From contig NMRA01000122.1 of the NCBI GenBank assembly GCA_002633005.1, forward strand, positions 496,820 through 560,819: DNA of 64,000 nucleotides, read 5' to 3'. Shown here piece by piece: positions 41,480 through 53,676 of the stretch; positions within the stretch are counted from its first letter, which is position 1; every line of letters begins with the position of its first letter. The DNA comes from Phoronis australis (taxonomy: Eukaryota > Animalia > Phoronida). A program made the translations under genes and the position numbers. Below the pieces are notes generated by a model, which was given only the letters and a program-made list of their open reading frames with translations, made no database searches and was not told the DNA's origin.

Positions 41480-41640
41480 GCAACAGACCTTCGTTATTGT
41501 GGCTGAGCTGCAAACTGCCGCCTTCAATCTTTGTTCATCAAAACAAACCTCGTGACCTACAAGCAGACGAGTTTATTGGACAATAACATATTTCTCGCGG
41601 ATTCTCTGTGACTTCCTTTTGTCGCCATATTGTACACGTC
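41480..41640. promoter_or_regulatory. Probable bidirectional core promoter
   Basis: relatively CpG-rich; TCT/TOP-like initiator CTTCCTTTT (41612-41620); YY1-type CGCCATATT (41623-41631); divergent donor-terminated exon candidates on both strands. Confidence 0.5.
41489..41560 (-). other. Candidate first exon of an unidentified minus-strand transcript
   Basis: ends GAAG|gtctgt followed by a pyrimidine/GT-rich intron-like tract; start approximate. Confidence 0.3.
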
Positions 41641-41689
41641 TGCGAGGAACTGTGCCGGTTTTCAGTAAACACCTTACGCATACCACCAG
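41616..41689 (+). other. OST4: Probable OST4 non-coding first exon
   Basis: starts in CTTCCTTTT, contains no ATG, ends CAG|gtttgt; linkage to OST4 is inferred. Confidence 0.5.
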
Positions 41690-41883
41690 GTTTGTATGAA
41701 TTTAAGAGTTTGAAGGTGGTCTGGATGCGTACCAGACGTTGTCAACATGTTATCCTTTCTGTCAATTTCTATAGTAAACTGGTAAACCATTGTCGAGTGG
41801 GGCTCACCGCAGCAGTCCCCCGGCAATGATGTCTCTGAAACTCTGTGAGTCTGTTTAGGCAATAACATCGCCCTGGATGCCAT

Positions 41884-43190
41884 CACGCACTTTGCTCAAT
41901 CTCATGCTAGCCTTTGCCTAACTCACATGACTGACACTGAGTTGACATACTTTGTGGTTATCGCGTGCGATGAAAAAGTTAACGGCAACCAAAAAAGTGG
42001 AGTTGGATTTCTTCGCCAAAGTCAACTTAATTCTCACAACTAAGCTTCATCGAAGATATGTGTAGAAGTAGAAAGGACCAATGGTGAAAGTAAGCACTTT
42101 TTTAAATGATAGTTTAAGTGTGGAATGTATTTTTGACGAGGTGAAAACTCAAAATCGGTAACCCTAATCCGGTCACCGCCCATTTAAAATACATGTAACG
42201 AAATGCGTACAGAAAGCGAATGGAACTGGCCAGCGGAGGGGCTACGTGTTGCCTAGACTCTGTCTAGAATCTTGACAGTCTTGTCTCGTCTCGTCTTGTA
42301 ATTCCCTGCGATTGTTTGACGCAGCACCGTCTCCAGACGTAGTAATTATCCAGTAATGGTTTTATCACAGAAGGGATAAAGCACGTATATTTAGCACTTC
42401 TATCCAGGGGCAATTATGATACGAAGGGTGGAAGAATTTGCGGTGCACAGCAAGATAAAGATCCAGGTCCTAGCGCGCACAATTCATGGCATTAATGTGG
42501 GCACAATTGCAGTAATAATGATACGAAGCACAAAATAATGGCAGACTTGATTTGTTACAAAAGGCAGAGAAATACCCAAGAAAATGACATTTATTAGATT
42601 GTTTTTCACTTAAATGGCTGCAACGGGCAAGATGAGTCGGTTGACTCCCAGCTTTCGCATGCACCCCCACTTGTCAGTAGCTCTACATTTTGATTTATGT
42701 TTCACCACAAGGTGATGAGTAGAACAACCCGTGCGTGTGAAATTATGGTGTCTAATGGAGCTCAACACACAGTGGTACCTAGCTGTTTTTTTAAGGAGTT
42801 TTCATGCAGCTAGTAAAGGCAACATTCAGCCCCTCGGTTGGCCATTTAGGGTCTACAATACTTCCCACTGCTTTCTGTGTTAATTTCGTCCCTTGTATTT
42901 TACACAGGTGGCAGGTGAAATCCGCACACCGATTAAGAGTTTTCACCTCGTCAAAAATACATTTTACACTTAAAAGCGATCACTTAAAGAAGCGCTTACT
43001 TTCTTTTCTACTACTACACATATCTTCGATGAAGCATTGCTACGAGAATTAAGGTGACTTTGGCGAAGAATTTTAACCCTCTTTTTGGTCACTTTTACCT
43101 TTTTCACCGCGTGCGCGATAACCACAAAGTATTTCAACTGAGTCACGTGAGTAAGGCATAGACTACCGCGAAACTGAGCGAAGTTCATGA
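41884..43190. repeat. Long inverted repeat (arms ~41884-42260 and ~42811-43190)
   Basis: e.g. TGTATTTTTGACGAGGTGAAAACTC vs GAGTTTTCACCTCGTCAAAAATACA; ATACTTTGTGGTTATCGCG vs CGCGATAACCACAAAGTAT. Confidence 0.9.
42575..42810. repeat. Dispersed repeat family member (others ~39780-40000, ~45140-45390, reverse ~53705-53800)
   Basis: shared GCTGCAACGGGCA..GGTTGACTCCCAG..GCATGCACCCCCAC..CAAGGTGA..GGAGCT.AACACACAGTG. Confidence 0.8.
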
Positions 43191-43924
43191 TGCTGATGAG
43201 TTACACTTGCAAAATAGAATGGGAAGATATCGGGTGAAATTTGTAAGATTTGTGTTCCTTGGACTTTTTGTTTGTCAACACGCATGATTTTACGAAAGTT
43301 CCTCCAAATTTCTCCCGGTAAGAGAAACTCGAGCAAACGGCAACAGATTTTCATGGATATGTTCAAGTTATGCTGACTAAATTGTATCCAGAGTCATGGT
43401 ATGTGTTAATTTTAACTCCGTGTGCCTATGTGCATGTTTCATTCGATTTTATTTGCTGTAATTTGAAATGAGTAACACTTTGGGGATGTACTATTGCTCC
43501 TGTATGCCTTCAGCATTCTGGGCGATGTAATTCCCTAACAGCTGGTTGGCTGGCTAGGAACTAATACTTCATTCAGACCTTGCAACTATCACAGGTACAA
43601 TTTTAATTTGTAGTACTTTGGCAAAAGTGTGTTCCACGGTTTAACAAACTTGTGGAGCGTGTCTGTAAATACTGTTTACAGATGAGTTACATGTCTATGT
43701 ACTCTACACATGCTAGGCTGACTACAGACACGGAGACACTTGCAGTTTCTGAGTCACTAGTGGCTCTATGGCACACATAACTCGTCAGACACGCTCAAGA
43801 AGGTAGTTCACCCTTGGAATGTAAGTTTGCTTAAATTTTGTTACTTAAAACGTGGTAGTGAGTAGTTGCAATGCAAGGCCTAAGGTTAAAGGAATCAAAA
43901 TACAGTAATTGAGAAAAGACGTAA

Positions 43925-44482
43925 GGGCTGTTCCAGCAAAATCTGTGTGGGAGGGGGGGGAAGGCAACTGAAATAAAAATTTATGGGTGGTTGCGTTTGA
44001 TTTAAATTCAAAATGGCTGGTGGTCGTACTTCAGAAAAATGGTCGTTGTAGTTTCATTGGGCCATAAATGTTTGATGGTGGGTAATTTTAGTAAATTTTA
44101 TAAACAATCCGTACAGAATCAAAAACTGAAACAAAAATGCAATTTGCAAAAAGCTCCGACTTATTCACTCCCTCCGATCTCCTCACCGGAATGCCCATAA
44201 CACCATTTAATCACAGGTGCTCGAATTTCTCGATGGCTAATAACCATATATAAGAAACATATGTTTTCTTAGTAATGAATGACGTTAGTGGTGATGGAGG
44301 AACAGATAAACTCAAGCGCCTGTGCAGTCAACCACAAGAACAACAAAAATTATGGGTGGTTGCATTTCAAACTTATAAAAAATTACGGGTGGTAGGCTGA
44401 AGAAATAAATGAAAAATATGGGTGGTGGGTGCGAAAAAAAGGTGCCTTCCCCCCTCCCATACAGATTTTACTGGAACAGCCC
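43925..44482. mobile_element. PIF/Harbinger-type MITE
   Basis: about 40-bp TIR GGGCTGTTCCAG.AAAATCTGT.TGGGAGGGG; TAA duplicated both sides; internal TATGGGTGG repeats. Confidence 0.9.
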
Positions 44483-46268
44483 TAAACTAGGCAACACGTA
44501 GACCCTCAGCTTTGCACAAAGTCTGAGCATTTGCCTGACTAAAAGATGAACTCTTATTCCAGTGCAGAACCAGAGACAGAGAAGTTGGTTAGAAAGTGAA
44601 TTTGTGAATGGCTTGGGGAAAGTTCAAGTCTTTTTAGAAGTGGTCTCAAGTTAGCCTTAGTGGAAAGCTGCATACTAAACATGTAGCATAGCACTAATGT
44701 GGGTCAAAATCTGGTCAAATAAAATGTGGCACAAAATTGTCATTAAAAACTACACTTTTCCTTTAGTAAACTAAATTATTTATCAGTTTTAAGAGGAATA
44801 GGCATCGCCGCATTCTACTGTTATTCTGCTGATGGAGTTGTAGAACGATGAGCACCATGAAAGATAACGTCACTTATTGGCTAGTTTCTTTTTTCACCAA
44901 TTTTTCAATCAACTATTCTTCCACAAGGTTGCATACATGCCGCAACAAAATATTGGAACAGGTTTCATTTCATTACAAGTTTTTAATACCAGCGAAATGA
45001 ATTTCAGAACAAACTTTGCTACTGCGAAGCTGCCATCACCTCCCGAGAGATGTCGCAAAAATTTGATGCGTTGTGTGTGCACATACTGTTTTCAAACCTA
45101 CAATAGACTTTTCTTTGTTACAAAAGGTGGAGAATTATGCAAGAAAATTATGTTTATTAGTTTTTTTTTTTCACTTTAACTGCTGCAACGGGCAGGGAGA
45201 GTGTTGGTTGACTCCCAGATTTTGCATGCACCCCCACCAGTCATTAGCCCTACATGTTGACATAAGTTTCACTACAAGGTGACGACCATAACTACCCGGG
45301 CCGTGTGAAATTTTGAGGTCTATTGGAGCTTAACACACAGTGATTCCTAACTGTATTTTGGCAAGTCTTCGTACAGCTAGCTGGCTGGCTAGCCTCGAGT
45401 CACCTTCAATTTATGGAAGGTAGCATAATCATCTAATGAGTTACCAAAGTTATGAGTAGGCGACAAGTTCCTGTTACCCCTCAATGTCTGGAAGCTTTTC
45501 TACAAAATTATCTCTTACCCCGGCTAAACTAATTAAGTGCCTGTTAGTGCATAGACTCAAATAATTTGGCAATCATGACTTCTTTTTGACATTTTTCATC
45601 CATCTATAATAATATCATTAGCAAAGCCATTTTTCAGTGTGTACTCTGTGTGGACATCCGGAATATTGGAGTCTGATGTCCTCCAAGAAAATGGCGCAAC
45701 AATTAAAAGATAGAAAATTTACCCTCTAAATGAGAGGTGGCCACATCAAAAAGTGATTTAAACTGGTGTGTGCTATATTCCATAGTTCTGACTCACCCTA
45801 GAAAAATACAAGTATATAGCTAAATTCAAGAATCATATCTCAGAAATTGCCGATGAAACCTTTTGATACTCTCTGATTTGTGCACCGTTTACCAAAACGT
45901 TTTGAGAATCGCTTTTTTTAAATTTTCCACTTTTTTGTAAGGCGGTATTGAAAAGTAAGACTTCGATAAAATCAATAGTTGCATAAAATGAACTCGATCA
46001 ATTTGGACCGTGAACATTGACATCACAGGAAATTGATTTAATATGTTATTGATACTGTATGTTTTGCTATGACTGTATCTTTCGTTTTCTCTGAATGTTA
46101 ATCAAAAGACATGGCCACGTGACCCAGATAATGGAAAAATAAAATTCAATAGTCTTTCACCTGATAGAAAAGATGTACTTTTCCCGTAAGGCACTTGTTG
46201 TTGTATCACCGTTCATCTATAATATAAGTTGCATCAGTCATCCAGTGTCTTATTACACATGTTTCAGA

Positions 46269-46379
46269 ATGATAACAGACATACAACTGGCCATCTTTGC
46301 CAACATCCTGGGAGTGTCTCTATTCCTGCTAGTCGTGCTATATCATTATATCTCAGTCAACAACCCTAAGAAAGACTAG
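46269..46379 (+). CDS. OST4: Oligosaccharyltransferase complex subunit 4 (36 aa)
   Basis: [36 protein letters not shown]; acceptor tgtttcag at 46267 one base before ATG; donor AAG|gtaaga at 46394. Confidence 0.97.
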   Translation: MITDIQLAIFANILGVSLFLLVVLYHYISVNNPKKD

Positions 46380-47133
46380 CCTCCTGTTGGAAGGTAAGAT
46401 AGGAAGGTTTGAAGTCACAATGCTTTTTCTTTTGTTGTCGGTAATATTAGTACCGGTATATTAAAACGATTATGTTCTAAGCAGCTACCTTCCAAGTTCC
46501 AACACTGCAACACTCGTGTTTAACTCCTGCTGTTTAGAGATTAACTCTGTCCAGTGTGCAGCATTGGTCATGGTAACTATTGCAGAAGTAATGTGGCCTT
46601 AAATTAGCAATAAACACTTCCTGGAATATCGCAGTGCCCTCTATAATTCTGTGGTATATATCTACAATGCTGCGTTTCTGTAGGGCCCTTAGCCCACAGC
46701 TTTGGGCTTGGCAAATCGATCTTCACTTGTTTTGATTTGGCTCAGAAGTGTATCAGCTACCCTAATTCAAATATTCCTCTTGCGTTCACCTCTTAAGGCA
46801 GAACCAACGATTGGAAAGCGTTACCTATGCGTGACTTGAAAGCGGTCATTTACGATTTTTGCTGAATGATTGAGTTGTTTACTTTCTGTAGTGGTTTGAG
46901 TGCGCGGATGTGACGTGGTGACCTGAGATTTTTACAAGATCGCCAAACAAACAAAATTTGAGACCATGTCAGCGACCTGAAGGTTGGCAAGTCGAGCACA
47001 CTGATAGAATTTGCTGTGCATTTACCACTTAGTATGTTCCACTAGATAGTCTGGCCAGCTCTGTGTTGAAACTTGCCTTACCATTGCTGTAATTTGATTG
47101 TTGAAATAAACGGAAGCTTTGTTTTTGTTCCAG

Positions 47134-47320
47134 ATTATCATTGTAAATAGTCGTGTACAGAAATGGAAAGCAACACCAGTCATTACCATTGGATAATCAG
47201 TGGAGTCCTCATCTATGGTGGAGATGCATTTTTGTCGACCTCAAATTTTCATCTGTAACATGTAATTGTTGCTGTCAGGTTTCAGCAGTGAAGCAATTAA
47301 AATATTTTATGTAATCACTC
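47134..47320 (+). other. OST4: Probable OST4 3' UTR terminal exon
   Basis: acceptor ctttgtttttgttccag ending 47133; ATTAAA near 47297 followed by T-rich tract; end approximate. Confidence 0.65.
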
Positions 47321-48643
47321 AACTTGTTTTTCTTTATTTTTTTGGCAAATTGTTGCAATATGTCCTGGTCTTGTAAGCTTTCCTGTAGTATTTATGGTTT
47401 ATGTTAGTGAACAATTTCATCTAAGGTTATGTAGGACCTTATTGAGAAGTATTTGTATTTTGGCCAAATATCTACAAATTATAGATTTTAACTTGATGGT
47501 AAAAGAATGTATTTTAGAGAAGTAGAAAGCATGTAGAATTAATTTTTTTACCAGTCTGGCATCAATTGGGTGTGTGACCTTGTATTTTTATGTAAAATTT
47601 AGCAAAAATACATCAGTAGTGAAAAAGTGGCATCAATGTCATCAAATTTTGTATGGTTACTCCTTGTGCAAACGTGGAGCATTTTAAACAGAATTCCAAA
47701 CAATTGTTTTGGAGAACAATGCATGACACGTAGTGTGTGAAAGTGTCATATGAATCTGATCAGCCATTTTTGAGGTATGAAATTCCGAAGTTGGCCAAAT
47801 TTGTACATTTTTCTTCCTCCGTACTTGGCTTTATACTTGAAGAAGCTTGTATTTAATTAAACCTACCTTCCGTCACAAAACTTAGTTTTTGATTTACACA
47901 CCCTCCACAATGAAATTGTTACGAAATTAAATTGGAGGTGATTTATGTGCTTTGAAAAAAAACGGTGATTTATTATTACTAGAGGTTAGGCTTTGCTTGG
48001 TTGGTCATGGGGAGTGATTTTATGCTCTGAAATTGGTCTTTTACAATAATGAACTTATCATTTTTCCAAGCTGGCAACCACTCCTTGTGTACTTTTTATG
48101 GATAGGAAAGCTTGGCATTTCAAAGCATGGATTTGTGAGTTCAAATCGATCAATCCAAGAACTGACGTAGGTTTATCTGCTACACAAGTCTGCAAAGAAG
48201 CATGAAGATCCAAGACGAGTAATCTGACAGAATATCATTTACCCCCAGTCACGATGACCTATTTTGTTCAGAGCAAAAATGACAAAGATGTATTAGCATG
48301 CTAACTACGCTATAGCAAGAACTAAACGACAATGCTATTTTAACCTGATCTGTACTAAACGAAGTGCAGTTGAATTCATTGACAACCTGTAAATGTGAAA
48401 TGCAATTTCTGAGCTCGGTCTATACCAGGCTCTACAAATTGACTTGTCATGGTGTCATTTTACTTGCCAAGCCTGGTCTTTGCATCACTTCCTATATTAG
48501 AAAGGATCGAGTCGAGGCTAATTTTACAGCGATAAATGAAGTGAATTAAAATCTGGTGTCTGCGATGAAACGCTTTAACTACGGAGCCTGAACACAACAT
48601 TGTGCGCTGATGTACACAAACTAAATAGTAATATTCAATACAA

Positions 48644-48649
48644 TTTATT
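48644..48649 (-). terminator. Probable CSE1L polyadenylation signal
   Basis: AATAAA on minus strand about 0.9 kb after the stop, followed by T/GT-rich sequence. Confidence 0.5.
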
Positions 48650-49572
48650 GTCTCAATAGTGTTCCGTGCACACGCAACAACAATGAATGATTTAAATTTT
48701 CTGAAAAGCACTGAATTTCAAACAACAGCACTACAACAGAAAAGCCCTCTTCAGAATAAACATCCTTTCAGGATAAAGGATTCTTCTAGAATCATAGAGA
48801 ACAGAATATTTTTGAAACCGTTCATTCAAGGAATGGCAAAACAATGAAAAGATGACTTCCAATGCCGCACACATAAGAGCAGTAGCCGCATACTTGGCCA
48901 GTGCGAAGCTAGATATACAGTCTCGTATGAATGTGAACCAACCCCTTACTTCCACTTCGTTGGTTCAACCACAGTACAAATGTACTACGGACACAGCAGC
49001 AAGACTGTCAAGCAGACTGTGTGACATTTGACCACAATAGATTCAAATGAGATACGCACAAATTTTGGTTGACTAAGTTTCCAGTAAACATGATTTGTAG
49101 AAGAGACAGAAGCTATGCCCTGCAGTATGAGTTATCAACCACGCATGGGAACACTTTCACCTTGATGTGTAATGTCCGTCTATTCTTTTGACATGTAGCT
49201 CCCACATCTATCTATATTGCTACAGAGTGAAATTAATTGTGAAATGTAGTCACAATATGACTGACATCAATTGACTAAACAAATGTGCTTCAGAAACAAG
49301 CAACTGATTCAACTAGTTATCTCCATTTTAAAAGTTATTGACATCTAATTGTACAAACTTTCCACGCTTTGCATCTTCAATTGACCCATGTCCACAATCA
49401 ACTCCACAAGCACGCTTTGTAAAGGTAACATTCCCAGTAAGAATCTCCGTATCACTTGAGGACAACTCCAAGAAGTTTCTACCATAGTGTTCACAACTTG
49501 TAGCAACCACTAACTATTCGCTTGCAGTTAGCCTCGATGCAAAGAAATGATCATGACACACTCCATGTTGTC

Positions 49573-49659
49573 TCATGACAGATTTACTCCTGCAGCCTGT
49601 AGATACTGCTGAAGAAAAGTGGCAGCATCGGGTTGAAGTGTACTACACATCACAGGCAA
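49573..49659 (-). CDS. CSE1L: CSE1L last coding exon with stop
   Basis: tttcag|LPVMCSTLQPDAATFLQQYLQAAGVNLS*; the 14 exons sum to 1563 nt = 520 aa + stop. Confidence 0.96.
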   Translation of the reverse strand: MPVMCSTLQPDAATFLQQYLQAAGVNLS

Positions 49660-51044
49660 CTGAAAATGAGACAAAACAATCACAGGCAACAGAAAATGAG
49701 AATACTGACATTAGCATTGAACACTGAAGTACTACTAACAAACATTTTTTCAACACAACAGCGGCAATGAACCCATGTTGCGTTCAATTTAGACTGCTTA
49801 CCACTTGGAAACTGGTTTCAGGTGTTGGGCTGCGAATTGTTATGGACTTATCCATTTTCAGGGTATAAAAATCGCTACGTATGGGTTTTCAAATGGTACA
49901 GGCATTTGTTTGTTTAAAAAAAATTGATGAAAGTATCTCCAGAATGATCAGCATTTCGAAGCTCCAGATTGGCAAAGATAGAGGCAGAAAATAACGAATG
50001 GTGACGGAAATAGTTGAGAACGCAAGATCCTACCCATAAGACTTAACCAGCGCATAATGGAATTTGCATATGAAATTTCCCGTTCGTGATTGGTTAATTG
50101 CAAGACTGACCAATCAAAAACGAGCTTACTTGAATTGCTAAGTGGGATATGATCTGTTTTGGAAATCATTTTAAGATCTGGAGAGTGAAATTTTGGAGAC
50201 GAGTATTGCCGGGAATTGGATTATATCTAAAATGGGATAAGGAATTCACTGCAATTGGTCAACATCACTTCAGCACTGATAACCTGGGTGCCTGCTGCTG
50301 GGCTGTAGAAATGTGGGAAGAGATCTACCCCGCCAACAGGCGTTGGGAAAAGCAAAACAGCAATAAACAGTGATGTGATGAGCTGAATTTTACTAGTTAA
50401 ACATGATTTGAAATTGAAAATTGACTTTTTGGGATGTATCAAAGCATCTTTCAATTTATATTTAAACTTTCTGAAAATGTTGGACATCGTAAAAGCTTTC
50501 ACTCGCAAACTACGTATTCTTAACACAAAGGTTTCAGATTAGGTGCGTAATGGCTTGGCAGCACAGTTGATAAAGCAATTTTTGGTCATGCAAAAAATTA
50601 AAGTTCATTATTGTTGAAGATCATGCCTGGTAAATAAAATGACTAAGTCAACATGTAGAGCCTTGTCGCAAGCAATAACTGTCAGTTCCCTCCAAGCTCA
50701 GATATCCCATCTTCTTTGACTAAGGAACAATTTTAGACCGATTTCTTAGCGGTAAGTGGTCTACAGCAAAAGTTAGTTTTCATGACAAATGGTGGGGTTA
50801 TAGCTACGTTAAGACATTGCTGCAAAATGACTAACGAGGATAAACGATTTATCACGACACTTATAAATTGACTACAAATGAAATGCTTGTCTCTTTTCAT
50901 AGCTCTCATTAGTTTTTAAACCATTAGCATCGTTGAAGGGCCCTACTGAGGAAAAAAGCCTCGCCAGTTTGCACAAATTTAATAAATGTTCACACTAAAC
51001 GAAAACCAGCCACCCTAAACAAGGCTTCCTTAAGGGTTCCCTAC

Positions 51045-51175
51045 CTTGCCTGGATGACCAGATGATAACTTTTCTAAATGCTTTGCTAGCTCCATCTTGG
51101 GGTTAACTACCGCGGCAACCGGGTCAAATTTTCTCTTCCCTGCAAAGGCCAACTGTGAAAAGGCAGTCTGATAGC
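51045..51175 (-). CDS. CSE1L: CSE1L exon
   Basis: tttcag|GYQTAFSQLAFAGKRKFDPVAAVVNPKMELAKHLEKLSSGHPGK|gtaggg; 131 nt. Confidence 0.97.
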
Positions 51176-52083
51176 CTGAAACGAATGAAGCAACTCGTGA
51201 CTAAACATTTCAAACACAGCACCGTAGTGGTGAATTTTATTGTCTGAACTAATCTGATGCATCCCTATTTGAAAAGGTCCAGGGGACCACGCATAAATGA
51301 ATGAAAGTGCACCGCGAACGTGTCTGGGGAATGAGTTACAATAACAATCACAGGAAATTCCACGAATGCATTATGGCAGAACAGTGAAATTTCATGAAAC
51401 GAAATTTGACAAAAAATAACATCCTCCTCCATGTAACTTCAATTCAGTAAATTTTGCCAACAGGAAAACACTCCATCGTCTGAAGCTTTTACAGTACACC
51501 TGCCACTACCCAACCTACACATGTTTGAATTCTAAGTATCTTCAGAAATGCCGTGGACTTTGTCAAGTTTTTGCTCTAATTTAAAGGAGCTTCAGTGACA
51601 GAAACCCCTTTTTGGTCAGGATTGGCCACCTGAACTCTTAACAGTGGACGGGTTAATGTGTCTGTTACTGCTACAGCTACTACAGAGCTAAATTCAAGAC
51701 TTGGCTTTCAGAAAAACAAATTTCAACATAATGAACCTTTTGCGAGACTTAGCTAATATAGAGGACAAGCTATATTTAATTTTATCATTTTTTTAATAAA
51801 AGACAGGTAAAACACAATATATGCAATACATTGTTCAAGTTTTGTAGCATAGCTTCCGTGGGACAATGTTTTAGAAAGCTGCATTTTCAATAATTTTCAC
51901 CGTCTTTGAAAATGAAATCAGGGAAATTATTTTGGGAAAAATTGGAAAGGTTTAGATTTGACGGAATATAACTACATCTTAATGACGGATTAGTGAACCT
52001 AATAAATGAGGTGAAACCAATTTATTCAAAATGGCAAAAAAGGAATTTTCTCTAGCGAGTGTTCTTTCAGCAATCTTGGGTAC

Positions 52084-52181
52084 CTGGTGTTTCTTCAATT
52101 TCAATAAAATGTTCATCATCTGGTGTGCTGTCATCTTCAGGCAGTTCAAACAAGCCGATCAATGATTGAAGTAATGGTGTC
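52084..52181 (-). CDS. CSE1L: CSE1L exon
   Basis: ttccag|TPLLQSLIGLFELPEDDSTPDDEHFIEIEETP|gtaccc; 98 nt; acidic loop motif. Confidence 0.97.
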
Positions 52182-53529
52182 CTGGAAAAAGCAACAGGAC
52201 CATTAAGCCACGAACAGTAGTTTTGAAAAGATGGTGAGTGTCGGTGAAATTTGCTAAGCTTGGTAGACGTTATTGTGAACACAAAGAAGGAAGCCAGACG
52301 AAAAACAACACATAATATAAACATTAACAACATTTTTGCCCAAAATAGACTATTTGTGAGTTTCCAAACATAGCAGAAAAGTGTGACAAACCTTCATCGT
52401 GCTGAATAATCTCTAGCCCTTCACGTGTAAAACCCCAAAGAGGTCTTAAACTTACAAACCTCATGGAAATTGTCATTATTCATATCAGGTTAGCACCAAG
52501 GCCCAAAAGGGAAGTGGGACAAAGATACACCATGCTTCTGAACTTGTAAATGATCTATTACTTAAACAGATGTCCACCAATGAACGATGCCACAATTCTG
52601 TGCAAGGAGAGCAAGCATAGATTCCTGATTCATGACTGATAAGCAGAAAGTAATCTCAGGAATGTCCAGGCCTTCATGAAGATGGCTTCGAAACAGACAC
52701 CCACAATCAACTTTAGACACCCTAGATAAGATGCCCTGTTCAGCACTTGGACATTCACGTAAAAGAAGCAAGTATACATGACCACTTGCTGGCAGCAGCA
52801 GCAGCAGTTCTGAGATACAAAACACCATGTCTCCACAGTAGCATGCCACAGTATAACAGCAATATGACTTAGGGTCATAAAAATGCTGTAGCGCGTTATT
52901 GGTCATGGACACCCTGAGAAATTGGCAAACGCGTTCTGTATGTCCTATTTTTGACATCCTGGATCAACCCCTGCCTGTTGGCATGTAAAGCAAATACATT
53001 ATTTTTATAGTCCTGGGTTTTCAGAGTTACAAATGCACACCGAGTCATCAACAAAAACTAACACGAAGTCATAGCTTTGACCCAATAAAACAATCATAAT
53101 CAGAAATGAACATAACTGTCACTAATGATGTTTCCAATTTCCGAGAGTAATTTGAGTAAGGCCACACTCTTGCATTAAGATAATGTTATAATTCCAACAT
53201 TTCCCAGTCCTTACATTTAAACCAAATGATCTCACAAAAAGGAATTTTAAAAAAGCAAAAAATACAGCGTTTAGATACTTCCAACAAACATAATTTTCAA
53301 ACTTGCAATTTTGGGATATCTGATAGCCCAATTAATCGAATGCCATATTATGACAAGTGTACAGTACAAACAACCAAACAATGAATTATTAGAATATTCT
53401 CATGATTTTTTAATTACGACACAAAAACATTCTCCTAATGTTGAAACAAACTGAGTGAGATGGTAGTGTATCCCATGCCAAATAGACTTATTCCTATTAG
53501 TAAGCACTATTTCACAGAACAATAATTAC

Positions 53530-53676
53530 CAAAGATGTTCGTAGTCACCCTGTAACATCTCCGGAGCTTCTGTAAGTATTTTTGTAATGCCAACAGCACA
53601 GATTTTCTTCTCAGTTTGTCCTGACACCTTCTGCACATCTGAGATTATTACTCGTTCTACCACATTTCCAAACATT
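53530..53676 (-). CDS. CSE1L: CSE1L exon
   Basis: ttgtag|MFGNVVERVIISDVQKVSGQTEKKICAVGITKILTEAPEMLQGDYEHL|gtaatt; 147 nt. Confidence 0.97.

Noticed and set aside
41822-41880. Box C/D snoRNA-like segment (GGCA ATGATGT ... CTGGA TGCC)
   Set aside because: Both boxes are non-canonical, it is very short, and no guide was recognised
46173-46268. N-terminal extension of OST4 in the ORF track
   Set aside because: Lies upstream of a clear acceptor; OST4 homology begins at MITD
50227-50526. ORF as possible CSE1L terminal exon
   Set aside because: No similarity to the CSE1L C-terminus; the true last exon is 49659-49573
52562-52957. Longer track ORFs (also 3205, 4546, 4890, 17116, 38366)
   Set aside because: No recognisable domains or splice support; intronic, inside repeats, or antisense to real coding relics
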